A DNA stretch of 63,984 bases, filler included, from Choristocarpus tenellus KU-1152 (GCA_964200185.2; 12 parts of 12 records of this genome joined end to end with filler, not necessarily neighbours in it); one strand, 5' to 3'. Positions 1-14,015 are shown, numbered from the whole stretch's first letter. A program made the numbers and translations. Notes: generated by a model not told the origin, from the letters alone.

Positions 1-2
1 AT

Positions 3-3000
3 CGTATCCGTGGGGGGATCGAGGGAAGCATTGCCCACCTCCGCTTCTACACCCGTGCCTTATCTCCAATTCATGTCCGGATAATATATGACCCAGGCCC
101 ACCCGAAACTGTCAGGGTCGAGGATCAGCACTGCTATCAAATGTGCGTGTGCCTTGTGATAATATCACGGTCAGCAGTGTGTCGCCGACACCTCCTGGAG
201 CTAAAGTGGCTTAGTCTATGCTTCCAGGCCTTTATCTATGGTACAGGGAGAGTGAAGCAAGCTGTCGCTCGTCTATTTCGTGAGGTACTTCCATACGCAC
301 AACCAGAGGTTATATCAAACCTTCCTTTGTATGTTGGGCACTCTCCATCACCCAAGAGAGAACCTAGATCAGAGAGTGGCAGTAGTCATAACTCCTTCAT
401 TACTTACCTTCTTCAGCTCATTGGATTAAGCTCGTGGAGCGCAGAAGCGGCGTCAACCGCCATGATCAGGGGCACAGAAAATGAATTTGTAGAAAGAGAT
501 GGAGAGGTCGCCGTTACACTAGAGGATCTTTTTTGTAAGCAGTCAGTTATATTCCGGACATCAACTAGTAGTTTGGAAGATGGAACATCCAAAGCAGCAG
601 ACACTCGAGAACAAGGATGCTCTGCTAAGGTCAGCATGGTCCTTGGATTACTCTCCAAGCCACTGCTAAGTGCAAGTGCTGTCCTTGATATGCACACTGT
701 GAGTGCAGAGCTCATTGCCCTGCTAAAAACCTTATCGAAAACTCATGCATGGCAAGAAGTTATCGCAACAGAATTCAGGAAGGAGCTTCACGGTTTGGCG
801 ACTTTCATTCATGGCACTGGCATGGACATGTTTGGCTCGTCAAGGCAGGAGAACGGCGATGCAAGTGACGAACTTAGACGGTGGGAAACGCGGAAGAGTC
901 AAGCCTTGGTTCGTGCTGAGGCAGCCTTACAGGTCCTCGGCGGGCAAATTGAGCTATTTCATGTCGGGGTCACTGCAGAAATGTGCGGAATGGACACACA
1001 GTGCACGGTCCTCAGCTTTGATCCTCCAACATCCAATACTCATGTCCTCGTGCACCCAGTTGTTGGGGCAGCCGCTGCAGAAAACATCCAGCGAGTAAGG
1101 GCTGAGGAACTTAGAGTTGTGCACCAAAGCCTTTCGTCTAACAGTATTTGGAAAGCATTGCATCTCTCATCTCCAGCGTTTCTCAACCAAAGAGAGGGTG
1201 AAGGCACACGTAGACCTCCGTCTTCTTTTTTAATGGATATATCCATTGCTCTTCTGCATTCCAAACCATTGCCAAGACCAAGTCTAAGCTCAAGCACACA
1301 ATCCATGGTGGATGATGATTTGGTATACCGTGAATTGCTGCTCGCAAAATGCCGAACAAAATGTGCAAATATTTTGCATTGCCTGAGCAAGGAAGAGGAC
1401 TGGGCGAAGCAGGTGATAGAAAATGCCGCATTGTTTTCAAAAATTCTGCACACTGCAGTGATTCCTGACAGCGCCACACGCTCTCTAGGGCTGGACACAA
1501 TGGAAAAAAAAGCTGCCAATATCCAAAGTCGTCTACATCAAATGTGTGGTACACCAGGCAGTCTTGACATTATTCGAGGCAAGGTGGCAGAGCTGATATC
1601 CCACAAGACAGGAAACCTGGTGTCAGGAAACTTGGGCAGCCAGAAGAATAGCGACCTCATGAGTTTCAGCAGGCTTCACGATTCCCACCATCACCAAGTC
1701 AACTCTGGTGAAGTAGTGTGCAGGAACAATTTGTCCTGTCCGTTTTGTCCAGAGGTGGGTATGTCACCATCAGATGTGGTTGAACATGTGCTACAAAAGC
1801 ACTCAACTGATATGCAGAAGGTTCCTTGTCCAGTTTGTGTAGCTGAAAGGGGAGATTCCACTGTGCATGACTTGCCTACCCATCTGGAGCTCTTCCACTT
1901 CAATTCAAATGCCTACAACGGGCATGCACTATCCCGTGTAGGGTTCGTCCCATCTTACAGCTGCCAATATCATGGTGAGACTGCCAGGTCTGACATTGAT
2001 ATCCCTTCAGATCTAGTCGAACAACTGATGGTGATTGGCTTCCCAGAGGAATGGTGTATAATGGCACTTCGTGAGAACAACAATGACGTGGTCAACGCAT
2101 CAGCATGGATTGTGGACCACCTGGACATGCTTAGCACACTGCACAACCTCGAGCCTCCAGACCCTAGCATTGGATCCGATGGAAATATTGGGACGAGCCT
2201 GGGCTGCCGGTCTCCCATTAACCAACGCATGTGGGTGGAAGATGATTGCAAGCGGGACTCCGAAAATCACCAACATGGACAAGGTCCAGCCAATGATGGC
2301 GAGGAAGCAGCAGATGTTGAGGACAGTGAGAGTGCGGAGGGGGAAGAAATGGGGGCTGAGCCAGATATTGAAGGACAACATGAAGTCGACGATGAAGATG
2401 AGGTTGAGGAGGAGGATGAGGATGGGATATTTGACAGCGAGGAAGACGAAAGCAAGGAAGACATCGGTATGCTGTATGTGAGGCATCACGGTGAAGATCA
2501 TCAGCGGTTTATTGAAACTTCATCGGCAGTGAATTCACCATTAGAAAATCAACAGCTTAATGAGGTGGAAGACAATGAATTTGAGGAAGGTCACATCCTC
2601 TCCATCTCTGCTGACTCATACTTCCCCTTAGAATCACCTCATGTGTCTGCTAGGCTTGCCAGATCACCACTGCAGTTCAGCAACTGCTCAGGAAAGAGTG
2701 CAAGCCTGCACATTTCTCCCATCAATGCTGAGATTGCAGGCATGGAGCTGAGTCAACTCACGGAGGCTTGGCTACAGACAGAAATGTCTCTGACAATCCG
2801 CTATTGTCGTTCTGTGATTGTAAATGCCTTAGTGCATTGGCCTGCATCCAAGGCAATGTACACTTCATCCTTTGGATCACCCTCACTTGTTGTTCAACTA
2901 GTGAAGGCAGTGGTATTCTATGGTGGAGATGTACCGGTTGATGTTGTCAAGGAGCCCCATGATGGTCTCCTTTGCCCTCTGCCAAATGGCGCATACCCTC

Positions 3001-6000
3001 CCAACATGCTCAGCGTCTTTGGTCCTTGGATACTTCACCTTCTGCGGGTCGAACAAGATGAGGCTAATGATTCACACACAGAAACAGGGGTAGGGACAAG
3101 GTCACCAGGTAGTCACGGGCAAGAGCCCGAAAGACTTTCCACATTATTGGTCGCTTGTTGTTTAGATGAACTAGACATGGCTGCAGAGCCTTTTAGCAGC
3201 ACACCCTGGGGTTCAGCAAGGTCAGAGTCGGCGTTTCGAGGTAAAGCAAATATCGAACTTCTACAGTGGCTCATAGATCTCCTCTTCTCAGCAGGAAGTA
3301 TAGACATGTGCACCGAGAATGCCTTTTCACGACTCAGCAATTGTCTCCAGAGCACCAATGCTTCCATCAAGGAGGTTGCCATGTACGCTCTCACTTGCAT
3401 TGCAACCAAGTGGTGCGAGCAACTCACCATCGGCAGTAGCATTGAGGCAGGCACCTCTGGCGAAGCCATTGCTTGTGCACCTGGGCTACCCAGTCCATTG
3501 GCCATGGAAGATACCCTTCAAAGACATATTGCAATTTCGAGCATACGATCTGCAATTGGGAAGAGAATGGCAGCAGAGCGGCGACAGGTTCGTCTCTTCT
3601 TCACAAGGTACTTGCAGACCATGGCTGCTTTCTTTATTTCAGTTTGCAAGCTGCAGCAATTGATAACACAACGGAGACAAATCTCAAGCCCTAGGAAGGA
3701 TGCTGCCCTGACTGTCAAGCTAGGGGATCCAGGAGGCATTGCAGTACTATATTGCACAGATTCCAGTGTTGCTCTTACGTGGTCACCGGTGCGCACTGCA
3801 GCATCGACATCAAGAGTAATGTATGAAGTACAAATGGCCAGCAGACAACTTGGCGGGGGGAATGACAGGTCAAAATCATTCCAATGTGTCTACACTGGAA
3901 AGCGTCTTCGCTGCAAGGTAGACAATCTCATGCCTTGCCAGGTCTATCACTTTCAACTCCGAGCATTCCACCCTGTTGCAGGGACCACTCCTTGGAGTCA
4001 ACAAATATCTGCAGAGACAGAGCCAGGTGTGGCATTTCGTTTTGACCCTGCTAACTCTGGGCCAGCTATATTTGTTGACAGGAATGAACTGTCTGCCAGC
4101 TTTGGTAGTAATGAAACTTGGAGCACAATTCTTGGTACTACCCCATTCATTAGTGGTAAGAACTACTGGGAGCTGCACTTGGAGAAGTCTTCTATGGCAT
4201 ACTTGTTCATTGGTGTGGCTACACGAGACACAGAACTGACAACGTTCCTGGGAGGAGATGAGTATGGGTGGGGTTTCATTGGAGATCGAGCCCTGTACCA
4301 CAAGCGAACTAAGGTGAAGGCTTATGGGGAGCGGTTCAGTCAGGGAGACACCATCGGCGTTACCCTCAATCTAGATCGAGGTACGCTGTCCTTCAGCAAG
4401 AATGGACTCGACCTAGGCGTTGCATTTGAGGGACTAGTTGGCGAACTTTATCCTGCTGTGGCCTTCTACAGCCTGGGTCAGCGGGTTTCTCTTGTGCGCT
4501 CTGCATTCCGCTGCCCCGGTGCAGGGGTAACACTATTAAAATCACCAATGAGTACCACCCCTGAGGATTTGTGTCAAGTGTCTGAGGCCATGCAAGCGAT
4601 GGTTTTTGGGACTGGTCTACCCAGGCAGTGGATCTCCGAAGCGTGTGCAGCTCATGGGGCATGGGTAGCAGGAAACACCATACGTTACATGACAAGCTGT
4701 GGCTATGAACTTCAATTCGACACTTCTGAGACTGCATGCACACCATTTGGCCTAAGGACCAAGGGCCGTGTACAAACGCCTAGAGGAAATGCAACTGTAG
4801 TGGGGGTATGTAATGGTGCAGCATGGTTCCATGTGGATGGTGAGCCTGGAGCCTGGTTCTTTACTCTAAATGAGATTCTTGAAGGCCGATCAGTTGGACG
4901 TTTTATTATGTCCTTGCCAGTCGAAGAAGGCCCTGATGGGGACAGGGTGGGAACTGAGTCGGGGCACAGCAAGCACTGGGCACTGAGCTCTCTAAAGGGT
5001 GAGGGTCGCGAAGATCAAATAAGCTTAGACCAGAGGGAAATAAAAAGAGTGGAAGAGATGTCAGGGCAGGAAAATAAGGAAATTGTATGGGGCCCTTTCT
5101 CAGAAGATGAATTTAGGGCGCTGGCAGACTGCCCCAAGTGGACTCCAGCAATGGATAGTCTGGTTGTGTCAGCGCTCAACAATTATGCAGATTGTCAGCA
5201 GATCTCTGTCTGGAACATCCCACCCAAGAAAGTCCTACAAATCTTGGACCCCATGAGAAGGAGGCTCAAACACTTGGGCGTATGCAATGGAGGGCAGCAT
5301 TCAAACATAAATGATGCTGAAGTCTTGTGTCGGTTATCCTTGCTCAAGGCATTCAACCACCAGCTCATTAGCGTCCTTCCCTTTGTGGACCTGGCTGAGG
5401 GTGTACAGCAGTCGGGGAAGGCTCAGTCTAGAACATTCTATTGGGGACAAGCATCACCAGAAAGAGGTCTAGCCGTCGGGGCAGCATCAAATTACAAGCG
5501 TGGGCTCGGACCACTGCTGGTTTGCCTCCGAGGCAGTATATTTGTCACCACAAAACGACAGGTCCTGCACCAGGCTGTTGCCATTACAACCACCAAAGCC
5601 AAGAAGGCTGAAGATGAATACGACTATCCGGAAAGCCTGCCGCAGGTGTTGCTTAATAGGCAAAAAGCTGCGGCCGCCCAGGAGTCCTTGAACACCAAAG
5701 TTTGCCTCGAGGCATCCCTCTTTAGTCAATTGTACAAGGAGCTTCACTTCCTCGAAACGTCACTACTGCGCATGGGATACACCCACCCAATGGATGACGG
5801 TCAAGAGAGGACATTCAAGGTAACATTTGCAATCCTCACTGAAAAGGTCTCCATTGATGCCATGAACAAAGTAAGGGCAGGGTCAGGTGGGGAAGGAGGA
5901 TTTACTTTAGATTTGGAAGTATTCTCCAACCACTGCAACAGCTGTATGTATTAAAGTTACCTGTACCAATAATGACACGATCGGTGTCTGCAGTCAAGTG

Positions 6001-7987
6001 CTCCACTGTTTCAAAGAGCGAACTGAAATGGGTCATGGAACTTCAATCTGAAGTCCCTCCAGTGGTATGTAAGGCATTTGAGGGTGCGCTTCTATCTCAA
6101 TATGTGTAGAGGGACACTAGGTTCTATAGAAATTATTGAGAGGAAAGCCAAACACTTTCTTTTCAAGCTGTTGAGGAAGGAGGAATAAGGACATATACTT
6201 CAGCACACGCCTTGGTCACAAAATATTATTTACTGGAAATAAGGTTATTGTGTAGAATTTACGTGAGGACAGTGGTGAAATCAGAGGTGTGCCCAACATG
6301 TTAAAAAAATTTACCAAGAATTTCAATGCCTCTGAGAAGCACCAAAGTATTGTGCTGTATTTTTTTTCCTTTGACCCTTTCACCGTATGTAACACCCAAC
6401 CAATCAGTATTGTCAACAGTGCTATTCTTGAGAATGGGCCATTCAACAAACTGCCATGACAGAGAAGTCGTTCACCTTTAGGGGGACTGGACTGTCTAGT
6501 ACCACATATCTCGCACTATTTGCATAAAACGTAAGGGAGTTTCAGCTCTCTCTCTCTCTCTCTCTCTCTCTGAACAATGCGCTACAAATACCATACCACG
6601 TCAATCAGCAATGAAAGACTCTGTACATACTTGTTCATTTCCTCAAGCAGTGGTGTGGCAGTTTTGGTAACCTTTGACCATGTCTTCCACTAGAAGCAGG
6701 CAGTACAAAAATAGCATGGTAAACAGTAATCAGTGTGTCTTCACTTGACCCACCTTCCTCTTTCCATCCCAGGTGAAGTTTGCTGGAGAGGGAGTTGACG
6801 ACTACGGCGGCCCATACCGCGAAATTTTCACTCAGGTGGCGGCAGAACTCAAAACAGTGGTTGCCCTTTCTACAGATGATAACTTAGGGTCTCTCGCTGC
6901 ATCTTATCCAGCAAGGGAGGTATGCATGCTTCCCATTCTGCAGCCAACTCCAAACTCTATCATTGATGGATTGGGGGCAAGGAGGGAAAAAGGGGAGCAG
7001 GGGGAGGGTATGGACTTCACAGTTTTCCCTCGGGTACACAAACAGCAGCAATTGGACATGTACAACTTCTTGGGGCAGTTAATCGGAATCGCCCTCCGTA
7101 GTAAAGTGCCCACTCCTTGGGCCCTATCACGTATTGTGTGGAAGGCCTTGGTCGGACAAGCCATGTACCAACAAGACCTTGAGCACCTGGACAGCTCCCT
7201 TTATATGTTTCTCCAAAAGGTACAGGAACTATTATGGGAACGGTCCTCTATGGTTGCCGCAGATGCAAAGTTCAATGAATCAGGACAGGGAAATACCACA
7301 CTGGAAGCCTGGCATGGCATGGAGGCCACATTGCAAGAACTGGCAAGCAATGGGGAGGCGGTGAAGAGGGCTGGGGGGGTACAATCACAGTCTACCACTA
7401 TAATGGAAGGTTTAGCGCAAACAACAGCCATTGCACAAGACCGATTGCATCAGGGGGACACCGCCCTGTTCGCCATCAGGGACGGCCTCGCCTCTTTGGT
7501 ACCTGCTGCTGTCCTACCCCTCTTCACTTGGGAAGAGATGGAGCTTGAAGCCTGTGGGCGGCAGGGGGTTGATGTCAACCTCCTTGAGGCCAACACGGAG
7601 TATGACGAGGACATCTCCTGCACAGACCCTCACATTAAGAGGTTCTGGCGAGTGCTGCGAGCATTCGATGACAAGGATCGCTCTCAGTTCCTTAGATTTG
7701 TCTGGGCACGTTCTCGCTTGCCATTGCATGCTTCCAGCTTCCACCAGAAGTTCAAGATACAGGCCCCTACCGGGGAGGGGGTAAGAGATGACCCAGACAG
7801 CTACCTACCTAAGGCACACACGTGCTTTTTCTCAATCAATCTTCCCAAGTATACCTCTGATGAGATCATGACAGAGAAGCTCACTTACACCATGTACAAC
7901 TGCATTGAGATGGATGCAGACTTTCGTCTTGCTGACAGTGAGATGACAGGATGGGGAAGCACAATAGAGTCAGAAGACCTGCACTGA
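3..7987 (+). CDS. Giant HECT-type E3 ubiquitin ligase (LamG-like tail, double C2H2 Zn finger, UBA, FN3, SPRY/B30.2, HECT); 5'-truncated; exons <3..5819 and 6773..7987
   Basis: The frame is open from base 3, upstream of the listed ATG at 141, and reads GGIEGSIAHLRFYTRALSP, typical of a LamG-3/ConA-like domain end. Motifs: CPFC..H..CPVC..HLELFH (about 1735-1900), UBA LVEQLMVIGFPEEWCIMALRENNNDVVNASAWI (about 2010-2115), FN3 (about 3720-4020), SPRY GKNYWE..FIGVA..GDTIGVTLNLDRGTLSFSKNG..LYPAV (about 4040-4500). A phase-0 intron 5820..6772 (AAG|GTAACA ... ccatcccag|GTG) joins ERTFK to VKFAGEGVDDYGGPYRE, the canonical HECT start. Catalytic LPKAHTCF is present; stop TGA at 7985-7987. Confidence 0.93.
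6547..6570. repeat. (CT)n microsatellite in HECT intron
   Basis: ctctctctc... run read directly. Confidence 0.9.
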
Positions 7988-8831
7988 ACAGAAAAGGAAC
8001 ATCCAAGTTTTGACTTCCTGAAAGGTTTCATGGTAGGAAGGGTTGCTTGTCCCTTTGTACAGTGAAGGCAGAGAACATCAAGCATACATGTCAACTTTTT
8101 TCGTGTATCTGTGGTATGTAGACAGTGTGTATAGAATGGAGTGGGACGCCTTGAAGCCCCCCACTTGCCAGCCCAACAATTGTCACCTATTCATATTGAA
8201 GCCCTTGTAGATCATAATAAAACGATCCTGGGCAACTGCATCTGTGAAACCTTGAGTCCATTATTTCAGTTATGCATTTACGACTGTCACTTGCTCGATT
8301 CTCGACTTAAGGAACAGAGCTTGTACAAATATAATTAATCAACTGATCGCCAATGGTCAACAATGGATTTAAGCAATCTCCACACTGACATATTGGTGTT
8401 CAAATTGAAGATCACAAGCAACCTATAATCTCAGATTGAAATAGGAGGCAAAGAGAAAGACATCATGTGAATCACAATTGTTTGCAATGGGTCGAGGCCC
8501 ATTGGTTAGTGGAAGAGGTGCAGGCCTTGGTTCCTGTTCATGCTGCATTGATTACCAATTCCCGAAACTAGATTTTATGCCCTCGCCAACAAGAATCCTC
8601 GTAAGCTAAGTCTGTCACTACGATTTCGAGAACTCTGATCTCGTTAGGACCCCTTGGTCAGCTGGATTACAAACCAGGGTAACCCCCACATGCCATACTT
8701 TCTTCCAAGGACAAAATGAACACGACTATCTACCTCCTACAACTCCATCTTTGCACAGGCATTTGCACGGTCAAGTGGTAAGAGAACATTGAAACGAAGA
8801 AAAATTTACGTGGGAAAGACCTGCACAAGCG

Positions 8832-9530
8832 TTATTGAACACCTCCAATATCATCACCCATATCAAAGTAGTATTCATCCTCTTCATCGTCATACAGATG
8901 CTCCTCTCCCCATGCCCTAGCAACTTTGGCATCCTCCTCGCTAACTCTATCAATCAGGGCCATCAGATCTACAGCTGCACCAAGATCTGTCTGCTTAAAC
9001 AGAAGCTCAGGAACTCTCTTCATGTTCCTGAGGTTCGATGCCATCACATGGCGGATGGACTTTGCACTCTTCACGCACCAAGCGTAGGCCTCCCGCTTCT
9101 CAAACACATCCCCGTACACCGAGACGTAAATTCTAGCCGTTCGGAGGTCTGGGGTTATATTTACATCAACTACGGAGATCTTCAGGCGCACCTCCTCTGC
9201 CAACTTATCCAAGGTCTTGATCCCATGTCCACGGCGAATGATGCTGGACACCTCAACTGCTATTAGTTGAGCAACACGAGCCTGCCGTTTGGACTCCCCC
9301 CCCTCTTGACGGAATGCGTTGCCGCGGCCCATCATAATTGGGGATTTTTCCCGTGGTCTCCGTGGTGATTGTCCAGTACGCACCAGCTCTTCCCGTCGTG
9401 AAACCAGGGGTACATTCACGGTGGGGGGGTCTAAGCACCGCAAGTTAGGGGCCATCACAAAAGCCCTGCAATGATATCCCAGAAAAGTCAAAAGCGAAGC
9501 AAAACAGCATAGCCGACTTAACGAAACCAT
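8832..9530 (-). CDS. rbfA: Ribosome-binding factor A, nucleus-encoded and plastid-targeted; intronless
   Basis: RbfA motifs KRQARVAQLIAVEVSSII, ISVVDVNITPDLRTARIYVSV, IRHVMASNLRNMKRVPELLF. The likely start is ATG 9530 (ORF open to 9617), giving the signal peptide MVSLSRLCCFASLLTFLGYHCRA|F, with the +1 Phe typical of complex-plastid bipartite presequences. Confidence 0.9.
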   Translation of the reverse strand: MVSLSRLCCFASLLTFLGYHCRAFVMAPNLRCLDPPTVNVPLVSRREELVRTGQSPRRPREKSPIMMGRGNAFRQEGGESKRQARVAQLIAVEVSSIIRRGHGIKTLDKLAEEVRLKISVVDVNITPDLRTARIYVSVYGDVFEKREAYAWCVKSAKSIRHVMASNLRNMKRVPELLFKQTDLGAAVDLMALIDRVSEEDAKVARAWGEEHLYDDEEDEYYFDMGDDIGGVQ

Positions 9531-11392
9531 CCGTTTCCTTATCATCTCTCCTCTCCCGTACCCAACACACAGCCTAGTTGAGGGAAGGCACTCCAGAAAG
9601 AGGTGTTGCACGTTCATATGACTTTTGTGTGTTGCGATTTGGGACTTATGCGGGAACCTCTACGTAGCGCTACGTAGCGATTTGAGCCTCCTTGTACGTT
9701 ATTATATTATTGTAATGAACAAGGCAGACAAATATGCATTAAAATAGTTGTAGGTATAGTATTACTTGTCCTTTCTTATCGGGGGTTCAAACCTTATCGG
9801 TGCAAAGTACTTCAAAACCGTAATTTGGATTTCAGTTCGTATCTACTTCCATGCGGCAAGCGCAACCAATCACGCTCCTACCTGCACTCTGCACCACTTG
9901 CACATGCCTGCAGTATGCCTCGAGCCTAGCCCTACCTGTCGTTACACCTCAAAAACTCTGGACCAGGATCATGCTCAATTGGTGGGATTGGTGGGTTTGT
10001 TGTGGGACTCATGAATCCATCCTACAGAAAGCAACCCACGAGCAGGGAGACAGCACACTCGTACGTAGAGTAGGGCAGGAGATAGTCCCAGCGGTCATTT
10101 AATTTAAGGCCCTGATCTGGGGCATTACGTAGATTTTTTGTCTGCTATAATATATAGTTGAAATTATAAAGGTCTGTTGTGGTGGTGGCTGAAGTGATGA
10201 ATCATTGAGTGATCTAATAGTTTTTTTCTTGAAAGAGGACTTCCTCTGGATGTGCGAGTGGTAAAACACAACACGACTACCTATATATTAGTAAAGCCAG
10301 AGGTCAACCTGCTACCAGACCGAATCTATGGGCCATGAACCCACTGGTCACATCCTCTCCCTGAATGGTGTTCTCAATGTTCACTTTTCCTCTAAAACCC
10401 GATACCTGGACCCCTCCACTCAATCCATTCTCACTTAGTTTTCATCCTCCAGCTGGAGAAAGTCAGAAGAGCCTGTCCACACAAATTCAATTTGTCGAAA
10501 AGGTAGATAGCACTTACCACTGGAAGAACAATTGGCCTCTAAAGAAAAGGCAGATGGCTAGAGTGTGCACCACTTAAGGATGTTAAAAAAATATTTTGAT
10601 CATTACTTTTGACGAGTTGGAGCTTGTCGCAATTTTGATCAAAAAGGTTTAGAGCTTGTCCTGCCCTTGGTCCTTTGCTGACTGCATGTTGGTGACTTCT
10701 TCCATAAAGAATATCTGTACATACTATATGTTTTGGGTTCAATTAAATCAGCTCATTCTCATAATCTCGGCGTTATGCTGTCAAGGTGAGGACAGATTTG
10801 TATGTTCTAGGAAGTCTTTCAATGCAACCCCAACGTTTCCCTCATACTGCAAAAATATTAAAGAGACAGCTTCAAATCGCCATCTATCAGGAATGTTGAA
10901 AAAAAAAGCGGCATTCTGTAAAACTGTCTAAGGGGATGAGCCATGGACTTGTGCTAGTTTGGTTTCATGACTCTACACTACACACCACAAACCAGGACAA
11001 AAGGCCTTGCAAAATCACAAAATGACTACAGTTCATGAAAAAATGACAAAAACGATAAAGTACATTGAAGACCATCAACTCCAGATTACTGGTCATATTG
11101 ACATCAAGTAAGTCCACCCTCCTCAACCTGGACATACGCATTACCCGTATTACATCCCTGCGGGAGGTGATTGGACTAAGCTCCCCCCTCTAGCTATCCC
11201 TTCAACAGTCCTACGCCAAAAAAACAATAGCTGGAATGGTGACAGCCTTCATAGGGGTATATACAGAGGAGAAACCATCCCCTTCAAGAAAAAATACTCA
11301 CAGGGACCTTAAGAGGCCCTGTTATAGGCACCCCTCAATGCTCACCTTCCAGGATGTACAACTCAAATCCAACGACCTCAAAACGACGCTAC

Positions 11393-11492
11393 NNNNNNNN
11401 NNNNNNNNNNNNNNNNNNNNNNNNNNNNNNNNNNNNTTAATTAATTAANNNNNNNNNNNNNNNNNNNNNNNNNNNNNNNNNNNNNNNNNNNN
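11393..11492. other. Artificial contig linker (44N-TTAATTAATTAA-44N), first of 11
   Basis: Identical 100-bp linkers with stops in all six frames at 11393-11492, 14075-14174, 16937-17036, 21063-21162, 29491-29590, 32681-32780, 39410-39509, 45595-45694, 52528-52627, 57335-57434, 61350-61449. A separate 10-N gap lies at 40750-40759. Confidence 0.98.
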
Positions 11493-11825
11493 CCCCCCCC
11501 AGATACTTTGAGCCTGTGGTAGTAGACTATCAGAGGGAAGGAAAATTTCTATTGCAGCTTGGTAATATATCGAAGAATTACACCATCGTTCTTATCAATA
11601 GACTACAACAGAGAAAGAGCGTCCCTTGGTATCACATGAACAATCTGTTTTTGAGTTTGAATCGCCACCACAGTGATGACCAAGTTACAAAAATCGTACC
11701 CTGGAGAGTTGAAAATGGATTGTAAGCTAGACCTTGTGTGATATTCTGAAGGATACAAATACATCTAGAGGGATGTCAAGACGTGTAATGTTTGGACCAA
11801 AATGGTCAAAAATCTGATACCAAAT

Positions 11826-12084
11826 GAGTCAAAGTATCTTAGAGGGTAGAGCTGCGTCCATTTGGGGACCAAAATCCATTGTTGCAATTTTGATGAAAAA
11901 TTGACTATCGTGTTTGTTAGAAAGTGTCAATATACATGTTCTGGACACACCTTTTCATAATGTATATGTTTTACCTACTCCAAAACATTTTGGAGTAGGA
12001 AAACGTTATACAAAAACCCATGGGAAGCCAAGTCCCAAATGGACAAGCAGGGCAAACCTCGTACCCTCTAAGATACTTTCATTC
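11826..12084 (+). mobile_element. MITE family B (about 260 bp), full copy
   Basis: TIRs GAGTCAAAGTATCTTAGAGGGTA ... TACCCTCTAAGATACTTTCATTC; homologous copies at 16887, 24464, 59285. Confidence 0.85.
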
Positions 12085-14015
12085 AAAATCATAACTTAGA
12101 ACATGTGAGGTCTGATGTGTCAACTTCAAACCATACCACCATACCTTTCAGAACAGAGAATCTCCAATGACACTAAATCCTCAAAATATCACTCCCTTGA
12201 ATGAGATATTGACACTGTATCTCCTGATCCAGGATTGTGTACCGGTCGAGTCAGGAATTTCTGATAACTGCCAGTTCACAGATTTCCTTGACTGTTATGA
12301 GGGTACCTGGTACCTGGCTCAAGCTGACCTGAACTGCTGGTTTGGCTACAACTACTACACCTGAAATCATTACAATTGGTGGGGCAGTCATTGAGTCAAC
12401 ACAGCAATGCCCCTTGGAGTCATAGTGATCAAAATAACAGCCAATCTACATAACGCCTCTTTCCAATCAGTAGGGTGAATTCCACAATGTGGACTGAAAA
12501 CGTTCATCAGTGTGACAATACTCGCTCGGCATGTATCAGACAGTAACCCACAAGTGTTGTATACAGTGATGGCGTTGGTATATGACAGGCTCTCTGATGC
12601 TTGTGTCAATGGAGGCCCAAATGGAATTGAAATTTACAAGTATGCTCACAGAACTCTGTCCGGGACAAGATATGATGCTGCTTTTTTGCACTGGAGGTGG
12701 TAGTCTAGTCAATGATATTGTGACCTTGAAAGGAGATACTATAGTATTTTTACCTGCAATGTAGAGACTATAGGATCAATAGTGGAGGGAATCAGGCGGG
12801 AAGAACCAAATCTGAACCAAAGAGGAACAGCTATTAAATTTATATAAACCAGTGCAACAGTTTTGGAGGACTAGACCTAGACTCCTCCAGAAGGTGCCTA
12901 GAATGTACTTGGTATTGAAGATGTATTCTTTTTGTGGAGTTGGTTGGGAGCTCAAGTACAGTGCAACTCTATGATGAATATGAAATGTCAGCTGGAGGGA
13001 AAAATGAGCAGACCTGCAATATTTTCACCGTGATGTGTTATTGGTGAGCTAGTTCACACCAAAACTGGTAAGTTCAAGTTGTATCAATTAATCTACGTAT
13101 GAGAATTTTGACAAACAGGTGAAAATATTACTTGGAACCTTAAGGCATGATGAGATTCCTTGAGATATCTTGATCGATAGTCTGCATCCTGGATGAGATA
13201 GCTACTTGGGATACTTCCAATCACATCTAGACTTCTTGCCTGAACGTGTTCATCCCCCAGTATCCCAGACACCTCTACATCGAGGGCAAGCAGCTCTGAT
13301 TCGATTCTGCATGTGAGGGACCAAGGACATCGTACCATGTCTGTGACTTGATAGCCCTTCTAAATCTTACGTTGCCTGTATGTAATGCACTGTGTGCCAG
13401 TATATGGCTGGAATGCGCATCAGTGTTTGTGTGGAGAGTTGACCAATAACGTAACTACGTGGAAAAAATCAACGCACTTCCAGCACTAATGTCCATTTTG
13501 AGCAATCCGATCAATCAGACTTGAAACAAGTGGTTGATTTCTTGAAGAGTATTTGTCCGGCACAACTGACTAATGTTAGGTCAGCACACATGTACCTTTG
13601 GTCCTGCCTAAATTTATATCAATTCTAATTCTCAAGAGATCACTTCTCTTTTAGTATTATGTCCTACTAGAGATGTATTGTGAGGAATATTTTTTTAGAT
13701 TTTTTTTCGGAATAGTGAAGATACTAATGCGTAGGAGTGAGTTTTGTTTAGACGCACAATTTATAATATTGGATCGTGGGTTATCCTGAAACGAAATTGA
13801 TGCGCATACAGTCACTAAGAAAATTGGTGTCTCCTGTTTAGCATCTAGTGTCTGCGGCAATATCAAGCCAGGGTCAACCACCTAATTCTGAGCCAGAATA
13901 CAACCAATCATTAACCATTTTGCAATTTCCTGTATGAATTTCGTGGGCTCCAATCCTTTTATGTCAAAAAAAACGTTTTTGGTAAATCCACCTTAGTGAG
14001 ATATTATTGTTTCCA

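Noticed and set aside
5820-5954. C-terminal 44 aa of the 1937-aa ORF, and 6773..7987 as a separate gene
   Set aside because: Intron read-through; splicing at 5819/6773 restores the HECT domain.
12100-13900. Short ORFs in contig 2 as genes or retroelement parts
   Set aside because: No motif I can recognise and no consistent splice pattern.
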